A stretch of DNA of 24,000 nucleotides from Halarchaeum rubridurum. GTDB lineage: Archaea > Halobacteriota > Halobacteria > Halobacteriales > Halobacteriaceae. Position 1 is the first letter of the stretch. Each line of letters opens with the position of its first letter. The stretch spans positions 582,919 through 606,918 of the forward strand of contig NZ_BMOO01000001.1 of the NCBI RefSeq assembly GCF_014647115.1, written 5' to 3'. This document shows, piece by piece, positions 1 to 7,740 of this stretch. The position numbers and the translations under genes were made by a program. Below the pieces are notes generated by a model. It was not told the DNA's origin and ran no database searches. It saw only the letters and a program-made list of their open reading frames with translations.

Positions 1-457
1 CCGTGGGCTTGCGCGTCCCGTAGTCGCGCACGGAGGAAACGGCGTGCCAGCCGAGACAGCAGACGCCGTCGCTGAAGCACGCCCGGAGCTCGTGGTCGGG
101 GTCGTCGAGGTCGACCGAGAAGCCGCGCTCGACGAGCGCGCTCCCGAGGGCGCGCTCGGCGCGCTGGGTGTCGACGCCCGTCGTGTTGCGGACGTCGCGG
201 GCGCGGACGGCGACGCTCCCGACGCGGTCGGTCTCGGTCACGTCGAGGGCGGCGACGGCGGCGTCGACCGTCGCGTCCGTCCGCGCGAGGAGCGCGTCCG
301 CGTGCCGGGTGTAGGCGAGCGTCCGTACGCCCGCCGCGTCGACGTCGACGGCGACGGCGAGGCCGGGCGCGACTCGCTCGACGTCCGTGGCGGCCCCGGC
401 AGCCGCCTCCGCGGCGGCGAAGGCGTCGTCCTCCCCCGCGAGTTCGAGGCAGTACAC
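1..457 (-). CDS. THUMP-domain tRNA (guanine-N2)-methyltransferase (Trm-G10/Trm11-like), N-terminal 152 codons; the rest lies left of the window
   Basis: Not in the ORF track because it runs off the edge. My minus-strand translation from GTG at 457 gives MYCLELAGEDDAFAAAEA...VAVRARDVRNTTGVDTQRAERALGSALVERGFSVDLDDPDHELRACFSDGVCCLGWHAVSSVRDYGTRKPT. It is acidic and GC3-rich and resembles remembered haloarchaeal THUMP RNA methylase N-termini. The 44..511 + track ORF is its antisense shadow. Confidence 0.7.
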   Translation of the reverse strand, partial: MYCLELAGEDDAFAAAEAAAGAATDVERVAPGLAVAVDVDAAGVRTLAYTRHADALLARTDATVDAAVAALDVTETDRVGSVAVRARDVRNTTGVDTQRAERALGSALVERGFSVDLDDPDHELRACFSDGVCCLGWHAVSSVRDYGTRKPT

Positions 458-533
458 GCGCCCACTCCGTCGGCCACGAACCTCGTTCTGTCGGACGGCG
501 CGGCGATATAAGGCAGGCGGTGTCGGTATCGCC

Positions 534-549
534 AACCTTTATAAAGGTT
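534..549 (+). promoter_or_regulatory. Palindromic TATA box of the tbp promoter
   Basis: AACCTTTATAAAGGTT is a perfect 16-bp palindrome. Its TTTATAAA core is centred about 30 nt upstream of the tbp ATG at 572, which fits a leaderless or very short-leader archaeal promoter. Confidence 0.55.
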
Positions 550-571
550 AAATACGACTTAAAGACGAAGG

Positions 572-1132
572 ATGACCGACCCGAAGGAAACCATCAACAT
601 TGAAAACGTGGTCGCGTCGACGGGCATCGGACAGGAGCTCGACCTCCAGTCCGTGGCGATGGACCTCGAAGGGGCGGACTACGATCCCGAGCAGTTCCCC
701 GGCCTCGTCTATCGCACGCAGAACCCCAAGAGCGCCGCGCTCATCTTCCGCTCCGGCAAGATCGTCTGTACCGGCGCGAAGAGCACCGAGGACGTCCACG
801 AGTCCCTCCGCATCGTCTTCGATAAGCTCCGCGAGCTCGACATCAAAGTCGAGGACGAACCCGAAATCGTCGTCCAGAACATCGTCACGAGCGCCGACTT
901 GGGTCACCAGCTCAACCTCAACGCCATCGCCATCGGCCTCGGCCTCGAGAACATCGAGTACGAGCCCGAGCAGTTCCCCGGTCTCGTCTATCGGCTCGAC
1001 GGCCCCGAGGTCGTCGCGCTCCTCTTCGGCTCCGGCAAGCTCGTCATCACCGGCGGGAAGGAGCCCGAGGACGCCGAGAAGGCCGTCGACAAGATCGTCT
1101 CCCGGCTCGAAGAGCTCGGCCTGCTCGAGTAA
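572..1132 (+). CDS. tbp: TATA-box binding protein (TBP)
   Basis: 186 aa with two TBP repeats. The motif EQFPGLVYR occurs twice, along with AALIFRSGKIVCTGAKS and VALLFGSGKLVITGGK. It is nearly identical to the Halobacterium TbpE as I remember it. Confidence 0.97.
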   Translation: MTDPKETINIENVVASTGIGQELDLQSVAMDLEGADYDPEQFPGLVYRTQNPKSAALIFRSGKIVCTGAKSTEDVHESLRIVFDKLRELDIKVEDEPEIVVQNIVTSADLGHQLNLNAIAIGLGLENIEYEPEQFPGLVYRLDGPEVVALLFGSGKLVITGGKEPEDAEKAVDKIVSRLEELGLLE

Positions 1133-1148
1133 AACGACCGTTTGCTGT

Positions 1149-1236
1149 GGGCCGGCGAAGCCGGCCCGAGCAAAAGCTCGGCCAAAAGCCGTCGTCGGGG
1201 GCGTCGCCCCCTCGCCGGCCTCGCCCTCCGGGCGAG
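1149..1236. repeat. String of four perfect short hairpins in the tbp 3' flank
   Basis: GGGCCGGC-gaa-GCCGGCCC (1149-1167), GAGC-aaaa-GCTC (1168-1179), GGGGGC-gtc-GCCCCC (1197-1211) and CTCGCCC-tcc-GGGCGAG (1220-1236). A 22-nt motif at 1170-1191 recurs at 21179-21200. Confidence 0.7.
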
Positions 1237-1374
1237 TGAACCGCGAACCTACCGGGTTCTCCGAACCGCTCGGTTTGCGGACGCTCGTTCGCGTGGTTTT
1301 CGCTCCCGACTAGTCGGTTGCAAGGCCAGACATTCGGCAGCGACGTTTTGAGGGAGAAACGAGTACTGGCGAAC

Positions 1375-1737
1375 ATGCCGCCCTCCTACCGCCAGCAGGT
1401 GTTCCGGTCGAGCGCCCTGATGGTCGTCGTCGCCCTCGGCCTCGCGGGGCTGAGCGTCGTCGTCGCGCCGAGCGCGCCACTCGCCGCCGCGTTCGGCGTC
1501 GCCTGCCTCGTCGTGTTCGCGGGCGTCGTCACCGACCGGCTCGACGACCGCTTCGGCCTCGTCTGGCTCGGCTTCGGCCTCGCCGCCGCCGTCGTCTATT
1601 TGAGCGGCGACGCCGCGGGCCTGCGCGCGCACGCCGTCGCGCTCGTCGGCGCGGCGCTCGCCGGGGCGCTCCTCTGGTTCGTCCCCGCGAAGGCCGCCGA
1701 ACTCGGCGAGCGCGTCCGGAAGCAGTTCCGGGACTGA
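1375..1737 (+). CDS. Small hydrophobic membrane protein (about 3 TM), function unknown
   Basis: In frame with track ORF 1318..1737. I prefer the ATG at 1375 (MPPSYRQQVF...) because a T-rich TATA-like patch (CGTTTTGAGG, 1344-1353) sits about 27 nt upstream. GC3-rich with long hydrophobic stretches. Confidence 0.55.
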   Translation: MPPSYRQQVFRSSALMVVVALGLAGLSVVVAPSAPLAAAFGVACLVVFAGVVTDRLDDRFGLVWLGFGLAAAVVYLSGDAAGLRAHAVALVGAALAGALLWFVPAKAAELGERVRKQFRD

Positions 1738-1905
1738 CGTCGACAAGGCGGGGCCGACGGACACGGCGTCCGCGCGACGAGTGGATCGGAGTCCAGGGGA
1801 GCGAAGCGCCGACCGCGGGGGAGACGATGTAGTCGCCCGCAGACACCAAGAGGCGTGCAGGCTTTTGTCAGCGTCAGCGGAACTGGCGCGCGACAAACTG
1901 TCGCC

Positions 1906-2754
1906 TCACTCGACCAACCGCTCGATCTCGGTGACGAGGACGTCGCGTGCCCCGACCTCCTTGAGGTCGGCGACGGTGGCGAAGACGTCCCGTTCGTCGA
2001 CGACGGCATGGACGGCGACGCTGTCCTCGCCCTCGACGTCCATGACGGTCGGGCCGCCCATCCCCGGGAGGACGTCCTCGACGGCGTCGAGGTCGGCGGT
2101 GTCGACGTTCAACATCACGTAGCGCTTGCCGGCGGCGTCGAGGACGGAGCGGAGCGCGGTGACGACGCGCTCGACGTCCGGGTCGTCGGCGACGTCGTCG
2201 CGGGCGAAGAGTCGGACGGAGGAGTCGAGGACGTCGTCGACGACCGCGAGGTGGTTCACGCGGAGGGTGGTGCCCGTCGAGGTGATGTCGACGATGGCGT
2301 CCGCCATCTCGACGTGCGGGGTGAGTTCGGTCGCGCCCGTCACCTCGACGACGTCGACGTCGATGCCCGCCTCCTCGAAGTAGTCGCGCGTGACGTTCGG
2401 GAATTCGGTGGCGACGGTGCGGCCGTCGAGGTCGGCGGGGACGGTGAGGCCGCCGTCCTCGGGGGCGGCGAGGACGAGCCGGCAGGAACCGTATTCGAGG
2501 TCGAGGAGGTCGCTGACGCCGTCGACGCGGGACTCGCGGTGCTGGTCGTAGCCCGTGATGCCGAGGTCCGCGGCGCCGTCGGCGACGTACTCGGGGATGT
2601 CGGCGGCGCGGGCGAACAGCACGCTCACGTCGGGGTCGACGGTGTCGGCGTAGAGCTGGCGGTCGGCCCCGGCCTCGACGGCGAGGCCGGCGCGGTCGAG
2701 GAGGTCGAGCGTCGGGTCGTGCAGGCGGCCCTTGTTCGGAACGGCGATCTTCAT
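1906..2754 (-). CDS. hisG: ATP phosphoribosyltransferase (long form HisG)
   Basis: 282 aa: [11 protein letters not shown]...[19 protein letters not shown]...CRLVLAAP...[13 protein letters not shown]...[12 protein letters not shown], followed by a C-terminal regulatory domain. This is the typical HisG pattern. Confidence 0.95.
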   Translation of the reverse strand: MKIAVPNKGRLHDPTLDLLDRAGLAVEAGADRQLYADTVDPDVSVLFARAADIPEYVADGAADLGITGYDQHRESRVDGVSDLLDLEYGSCRLVLAAPEDGGLTVPADLDGRTVATEFPNVTRDYFEEAGIDVDVVEVTGATELTPHVEMADAIVDITSTGTTLRVNHLAVVDDVLDSSVRLFARDDVADDPDVERVVTALRSVLDAAGKRYVMLNVDTADLDAVEDVLPGMGGPTVMDVEGEDSVAVHAVVDERDVFATVADLKEVGARDVLVTEIERLVE

Positions 2755-2875
2755 GCGAACACGTGGCAGGGAGAGACCTAAGGGTTAGCGGTGGGGGCGG
2801 CGGGAGTGCACGAGGGCGCGACGGGCGGGGGCGCGAAACCGACGGATTGACGCGACGCCGCCCGAAGTGACGGGT

Positions 2876-4165
2876 ATGACCACGCTCCGTATCGCGGGCG
2901 GTCGCGTCCTTCACCCGGATTTCTCGGTGACGACGGACGACGTGCTCGTGGACGACACGTCGGGCGAAATCGTCGCGGTGGGCGACGTCGGGTCGGGCGA
3001 CGAGACGCTGGACGCCGAGGGCTGTCTGGTGATGCCCGGGCTCGTGAACGCGCACTGCCACGCGGCGATGACGCTCCTCCGCGGGTACGCGGACGACAAA
3101 CCCTTGGAGAGCTGGCTCCGCGAGGACGTCTGGCCGGTCGAGGCCGAGCTGACCGACGCCGACATCCGCGCGGGGACGGAGCTCGCGCTCGTCGAACTGC
3201 TGAAGTCGGGGACGACCGCGTTCGCGGATATGTACTTCTCGATGGGCGAGGTGGCCGAGGCGGTGGCCGAGGCGGGCCTGCGCGCGCGACTCGGCCACGG
3301 CGTCGTCGGCGTCGGGAAAGACGAGGACGCGGCGCGTGCCGACCACGAGGAGAGCCTCTCGTTCGCCCGCGAGTACGACGGCTACGCGGACGGGCGCGTG
3401 CGGACGATGTACACCCCCCACAGCCTCACGACGGTCGACGAGGACCGCCTCCGGGAGTACGTCCCGGAGGCCCGCGAAGCCGGCGTGCCGCTGCACTACC
3501 ACGCGAACGAGACCGCGGACGAAGTCGAGCCCATCGTCGCGGAGCGCGACGAGCGCCCGCTCGAATACGCGGACGGCCTCGGGATGCTGGGCGAGTCGGA
3601 CTTCCTCGCACACGGCGTGCACAGCGACGCGACGGAGGTCGACCTGCTCGCGGAGCGCGGGACGGCGGTGGTGCACTGCCCGGCGTCGAACATGAAGCTC
3701 GCGTCGGGCGCGGCGCCGGTCCCGGCCTACCGCGAGGCGGGCGTGACGGTGGCGCTCGGGACGGACGGCGCGGCCTCGAACAACGACCTCGACCTCTTCG
3801 ACGAGATGCGCGACGCAGCGATGCTCGGCAAGCACGCGGCGAACGACGCGAGCGCGGTGCCCGCGGAAGCGGTCGTGGAGATGGCGACGGCGGGCGGCGC
3901 GGACGCGCTCGGGTTCGACGCAGGCCGGATCGCGGCCGGCCGGAAGGCTGACCTCGCGGTCGTGGACTTCGAGGCCGCGCACCTGACGCCGACGCACGAC
4001 GCGGTGTCGAACCTCGCGTACGCGACGCGCGGGAGCGACGTCCGGCACACGGTCTGCGACGGCGAGGTGCTCGTGCGCGACGGCGAGGTGCGGACGCTCG
4101 ACGAGGACGCGGTGCGCGAGCGCGCCGCCGAGCACGCGCGTGACCTCGTCGCGCGGGCGGAGTAA
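2876..4165 (+). CDS. mtaD: 5-methylthioadenosine/S-adenosylhomocysteine deaminase (amidohydrolase, MtaD/DadD family)
   Basis: Contains PGLVNAHCHAAMTLLRGYADD (HxH metal motif), HYHANET, and ALGTDGAASNNDLDLFDEMR. It sits directly upstream of ahcY. The start is taken at ATG 2876 (MTTLRIAGG); the track ORF begins at GTG 2867. Confidence 0.88.
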   Translation: MTTLRIAGGRVLHPDFSVTTDDVLVDDTSGEIVAVGDVGSGDETLDAEGCLVMPGLVNAHCHAAMTLLRGYADDKPLESWLREDVWPVEAELTDADIRAGTELALVELLKSGTTAFADMYFSMGEVAEAVAEAGLRARLGHGVVGVGKDEDAARADHEESLSFAREYDGYADGRVRTMYTPHSLTTVDEDRLREYVPEAREAGVPLHYHANETADEVEPIVAERDERPLEYADGLGMLGESDFLAHGVHSDATEVDLLAERGTAVVHCPASNMKLASGAAPVPAYREAGVTVALGTDGAASNNDLDLFDEMRDAAMLGKHAANDASAVPAEAVVEMATAGGADALGFDAGRIAAGRKADLAVVDFEAAHLTPTHDAVSNLAYATRGSDVRHTVCDGEVLVRDGEVRTLDEDAVRERAAEHARDLVARAE

Positions 4166-4220
4166 ACGTCGCACAAGCGAAGTAGACGTCGCACGAGCGG
4201 AGTAGACGCGGACGGAGGGG
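4161..4220. repeat. 3 x 20-bp tandem repeat beginning at the mtaD stop codon
   Basis: AGTAAACGTCGCACAAGCGA / AGTAGACGTCGCACGAGCGG / AGTAGACGCGGACGGAGGGG. The stop triplets at 4163, 4183 and 4203 fall in three different frames. Confidence 0.85.
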
Positions 4221-4478
4221 ACGGGGTGGGAGCGCGCGAGGCGCGTCCCGTCCCGCCGCCGTCGCCGGTGCTCCGCGCGTGACTGGTTAGGGAACGGCCA
4301 GGGGTCTTCTTCCGCCGGCGGACGGAGGTCACGACGCCTGCGGGAGAGGGGGTGTCTCCGCGCGGGCGGACGAGCCATCGGAGCCATCGACGGGGCCGCC
4401 GCACCGCCGGGATGGGCGGGTGCGGCGGCGACACGCGGTATCCGAAGCGTTTTCCACCCGTCCCATCGACGCACACGT

Positions 4479-5762
4479 ATGGACACGGCCGCACCTATCA
4501 GCGACCGCCTCGACGACGTCGACGAGCACGTCGAGGAGGGTCGCCGCAAGATGGACTGGGCGCTCGAACACATGCCCATTCTCACGGCGCTCCGCGAGCA
4601 GTTCGAGGCGGGCGAACCCCTCGCCGACCACCGCGTCGGGATGGCGCTCCACGTCGAGGCGAAGACCGCGGTCCTCGTCGAGACGCTCGCCGACGCGGGC
4701 GCCGAGGTCGCCGTCACGGGCTGCAACCCCCTCTCGACGCACGACGACGTGAGCGCGGCGCTCGACGCGCACGAGAACATCACGTCGTACGCGAAGCGCG
4801 GCGTCGACGACGAGGCGTACTACGAGGCGATGGACGCCGTCATCGCCCACGAACCGACGATCACCGTGGACGACGGCGGCGACCTCGTCTTCCGCATCCA
4901 CCAGGAGTACCCCGAGCTCATCGAGGACATCGTCGGCGGCACGGAGGAGACGACGACCGGCGTCCACCGCCTCCGCGCGATGGACCAGGAGGGCGCGCTT
5001 GAGTACCCGATGTTCAACGTGAACGACACCCCGATGAAGCACCTCTTCGACAACGTGCACGGCACCGGGGAGTCCGCGCTCGCGAACATCGCCATGACGA
5101 CGAACCTCTCGTGGGCCGGCAAGACGGTCGTCGTCTCCGGCTACGGCTACTGCGGGCGCGGCGTCGCCAAGAAGGCCGCCGGGCAGAACGCGAACGTCGT
5201 CGTCACCGAGGTCGACTCGCGGCGCGCCTTAGAGGCCCACATGGAGGGCTACGAGGTCATGCCGATGGACGAGGCCGCGAAGGTCGGCGACGTCTTCGTG
5301 ACGACGACGGGCAACCGCGACGTCATCACGGAGAAGCACTTCGAGGTCATGCAGGACGGCGTCGTGCTGGCGAACGCCGGGCACTTCGACGTCGAGATCA
5401 ACCTCGATCAGCTCTCCGAGCTCGCCGTGAACGAGCGCGAAGCGCGCGAGGGCGTCCGCGAATACGAACTCCACGACGGCAGTCGGGTGAACGTCCTCGC
5501 GGAGGGCCGCCTCGTCAACCTCGCCTCTCCCGTGGCGCTCGGCCACCCCGTCGAGGTCATGGACCAGTCCTTCGGCGTGCAGGCGGTCTGCGTCCGCGAG
5601 CTCGCCGAGCGCGGTGACGAGTACGACGCCGGCCTCCACGGCGTGCCGGACGAACTCGACCGCGAGGTCGCGGAGACGAAACTGGACGCGGAAGGCATCG
5701 AGCACGACGTGCTCTCGACGCAACAAGAGGAGTACATGGGGTCCTGGCGCCACGGGACGTAG
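4479..5762 (+). CDS. ahcY: S-adenosyl-L-homocysteine hydrolase (adenosylhomocysteinase)
   Basis: 427 aa with GCNPLSTHDDV, DDGGDL, GGTEETTTGVHRL, GYGYCGRGVA (NAD-binding motif) and NAGHFDVEI. A TATA-like CGTTTTCC lies about 28 nt upstream of the ATG. Confidence 0.97.
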   Translation: MDTAAPISDRLDDVDEHVEEGRRKMDWALEHMPILTALREQFEAGEPLADHRVGMALHVEAKTAVLVETLADAGAEVAVTGCNPLSTHDDVSAALDAHENITSYAKRGVDDEAYYEAMDAVIAHEPTITVDDGGDLVFRIHQEYPELIEDIVGGTEETTTGVHRLRAMDQEGALEYPMFNVNDTPMKHLFDNVHGTGESALANIAMTTNLSWAGKTVVVSGYGYCGRGVAKKAAGQNANVVVTEVDSRRALEAHMEGYEVMPMDEAAKVGDVFVTTTGNRDVITEKHFEVMQDGVVLANAGHFDVEINLDQLSELAVNEREAREGVREYELHDGSRVNVLAEGRLVNLASPVALGHPVEVMDQSFGVQAVCVRELAERGDEYDAGLHGVPDELDREVAETKLDAEGIEHDVLSTQQEEYMGSWRHGT

Positions 5763-5875
5763 GCGGACGCGAAGCGTCCGCCGAACACGCGAGCGGGGAA
5801 GAACGACCCGCGAGCGACGTAGGCGAACTCGCAGAGTTCGCCGAACACGCGAGCGCTGAAAGCGCGAGCGAGCGC
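5756..5875. repeat. 2 x 60-bp tandem repeat starting at the ahcY stop codon, each unit carrying a perfect 9-bp hairpin
   Basis: Both units begin ACGTAGGCG and share CGCCGAACACGCGAGCG. The hairpins are GGCGGACGC-gaa-GCGTCCGCC (5762-5782) and GGCGAACTC-gca-GAGTTCGCC (5822-5842). Confidence 0.85.
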
Positions 5876-6024
5876 GAGCCCGAGCGCCAGCGAGGGGTCG
5901 CGGGAGATGCGAACGGCGCCAGCCGTGAGACGGAGGTGGCAACCGAGCGTCAGCGAGGGCGCCACCAGTAGGCGAGCGGGAAGGGACGCGCCCCGCGAGC
6001 AACGGTGACAGCCGAGCGCCGCGG

Positions 6025-6531
6025 CTACGGGAGGTAGAAGTCGGATTTCTCGCGCGTGTCGGGCGATTCGTCGGTGAGCATCGAGACCTTCGAGGGCGCG
6101 CCGTTCTGGACGATGTGGACGTCGTAGGCGTCCTCGGCGGCGACGGAGGCCCCGACGCTCCCGAGCGTGGAGGAGAGGCCGCCGGCGTTCTCGCTACCGA
6201 TGAAGACGATGGAGGCGTCCTCTTCGCGGGCGAGGTCGCGGAGTTCGCCGGCGATGGTGCCGGAGGGGGCAAAGCGCCCGACCGTGACGTGCTCGAAGTC
6301 GGCGGCGGGGGCTATCGAGGCGACCTGTTCGTGGAGTCTGGCGACGACGCGGGAGAGTTCGAAGGACTCGTCGTGGTGGAGCCAGCCGCGCTCCCGGGCG
6401 TACTCTCGGTTTCCGGCCGGGACGACGGACGCGGCGACGACGCGCTCCTCGAAGACGTCGGCGAACTCGACGGCGCGGACGAGCGCGGTGCGCGAGAGCT
6501 CCGACCCGTCGAACGGAACGAAGAACGTCAC
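6025..6531 (-). CDS. Universal stress protein (UspA family)
   Basis: 168 aa with a GTG start. Usp-like layout: FFVPFDGSELSRTAL...ASIVFIGSENAGGLSSTLGSVGASVAAEDAYDVHIV (G-2x-G-9x-G(S/T)-type ATP motif region). Confidence 0.8.
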   Translation of the reverse strand: MTFFVPFDGSELSRTALVRAVEFADVFEERVVAASVVPAGNREYARERGWLHHDESFELSRVVARLHEQVASIAPAADFEHVTVGRFAPSGTIAGELRDLAREEDASIVFIGSENAGGLSSTLGSVGASVAAEDAYDVHIVQNGAPSKVSMLTDESPDTREKSDFYLP

Positions 6532-6612
6532 GGGTACACTTGGGTAGCCACCCGGAAATACTCGTCTCCGGTTTCGAGACCGCGGGAACGAACGACGGAC
6601 GGAAGGCGTCGG

Positions 6613-6783
6613 TCAGTCGGGCGAGAGCGCGACGAAGGCGGCGCTGCCGCAGACGCACGTCCCGCTCGTCCCGATAGGTCGGAGGTCGCCGTCGTTGTCA
6701 ACCTGTACGGGGTAGACGCGTCCGCACTCCTCGCATTCGCCGACGTGCTCCGGTTCGCCGCCAGTATCCGGGTCGGTCGCCAT
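6613..6783 (-). CDS. Small zinc-ribbon protein (56 aa, CxxC...CxC)
   Basis: Absent from the ORF track (too short). My translation is MATDPDTGGEPEHVGECEECGRVYPVQVDNDGDLRPIGTSGTCVCGSAAFVALSPD. It is acidic and GC3-rich and resembles the small CPxCG-type zinc-finger proteins common in haloarchaea. The overlapping 86-aa track ORF (6528..6788) is basic and looks spurious. Confidence 0.6.
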   Translation of the reverse strand: MATDPDTGGEPEHVGECEECGRVYPVQVDNDGDLRPIGTSGTCVCGSAAFVALSPD

Positions 6784-6851
6784 CTCACCGTGTGGTTAGG
6801 GGCGTGAAACGAGTTAGCCGTTGTGATACACCAGCTGGGTTATTCGTGTGA

Positions 6852-7682
6852 TCACTCGCCGCCGCGGACGACGTGGCCGTACTTGAGGAGGGCGACGAAG
6901 ACGGTGCCGCCGAGGACGTTCCCGGCGGTGGCGACGACGAGGAAGCGCGCGAAGGCGGTGAGTGGGTAGGCGTCGGCGACGAGGACGCCGCCGAGGACCT
7001 CGGCGGTCCCGGCGATGGAGTGCGGGAGGTGCGCGAGGCCGATGGCAGCGGTGACGAGCCAGACGACGGCGAAGCGCGCCATCGTGCTGTCCGCGCCCGC
7101 GACGAGCCACGAGAGCAGGCCCATGAGCCAGCCGGCGAGGATGGCGCCCGCGAACACCTCGAACGGGCCGTGCGCGAGGAGCGGCGCGGCGAGCTCGACG
7201 AACGCGGAGCGCTCGACGATGCCGTAGGCGGGGGCGAGCCACACCATCGCGGTCGCGAAGACGCTCGCGCCGACGACGTTCCCGGCGTAGACGAGCCCCC
7301 AGAGCCGCGCGAGCGCGCCGAGCGACGCGCGCCGGTCGAGGACGGGGAGGACGGCGAGCGTCGTGTGCTCCGTGAAGAGCTCGGAGCGCCCGAGGACGAC
7401 GAAGACGAACCCGATGGCGTAGGCGTTGGCTATCAGGAACGTCCGGACGGCGTGGTCGTAGAGGCCGGCGGTCAGCGTGAGGACGACGCCCATGAACAGC
7501 GGGCCGAAGCCGATGTCGAGGCCGGCGGAGAGTCCGGAGAGCAGGAGGCCGTCCGCGGGGCGCTCCAGTTCGTTCAGCCCGGAGCGAATCTGGCGCGCGA
7601 GGATGTCCGTGCTGGACGCGCCCGCCGGCGCGGAGTCCTCGCTCGCCGGGACCTCCGGCTCGTCGTCGTGACTGTCGCTCAC
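6852..7682 (-). CDS. Formate/nitrite transporter (FNT) family channel
   Basis: C-terminal 276 aa of track ORF 6852..8081, with six hydrophobic segments (GLDIGFGPLFMG, ELFTEHTT, GNVVGA, LAHLPHSIAG, AGNVLGGTVFVALLKY). The start is taken at GTG 7682 (VSDSHDDEPEV), with a TTAAT-type TATA patch about 28 nt upstream. ATG 7733 is an alternative. The longer track ORF would overlap hjc. Confidence 0.8.
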   Translation of the reverse strand: MSDSHDDEPEVPASEDSAPAGASSTDILARQIRSGLNELERPADGLLLSGLSAGLDIGFGPLFMGVVLTLTAGLYDHAVRTFLIANAYAIGFVFVVLGRSELFTEHTTLAVLPVLDRRASLGALARLWGLVYAGNVVGASVFATAMVWLAPAYGIVERSAFVELAAPLLAHGPFEVFAGAILAGWLMGLLSWLVAGADSTMARFAVVWLVTAAIGLAHLPHSIAGTAEVLGGVLVADAYPLTAFARFLVVATAGNVLGGTVFVALLKYGHVVRGGE

Positions 7683-7740
7683 GCCGCGTGCGTTCGGCGG
7701 CCGGCGGATTAACTCCCCCACTTCCGGTCGCATCGCCCGG

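Noticed and set aside
44-511. 155-aa plus-strand ORF at the left edge
   Set aside because: It is antisense to the THUMP methylase N-terminus, which has a recognisable family-like sequence and GC3 bias. The plus-frame product is featureless.
1133-1374. tRNA or other classical RNA gene in the long spacers (also 4166-4478, 5763-6024, 20763-21215)
   Set aside because: I found no cloverleaf with a GGTTCRAATCC-type T-arm, no acceptor/anticodon geometry, and no resemblance to remembered haloarchaeal 7S, RNase P or rRNA sequences. The hairpins are too short and too serial.
1874-4783. 969-aa minus-strand ORF spanning hisG, mtaD and the ahcY start
   Set aside because: It is extremely Arg/Pro-rich and basic, unlike an acidic halophile proteome. 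It lies off-frame through hisG on the same strand and antisense to the well-supported mtaD and the ahcY start. This is the typical stop-codon-poor shadow ORF of a 70% GC genome.
5756-6010. Possible CRISPR array, because of repeated palindromic units
   Set aside because: There are only two or three units, the period is 60 bp, the spacers are not uniform or unique, the units differ from one another, and there are no cas genes in the window. It is better described as a local tandem duplication of hairpin units.
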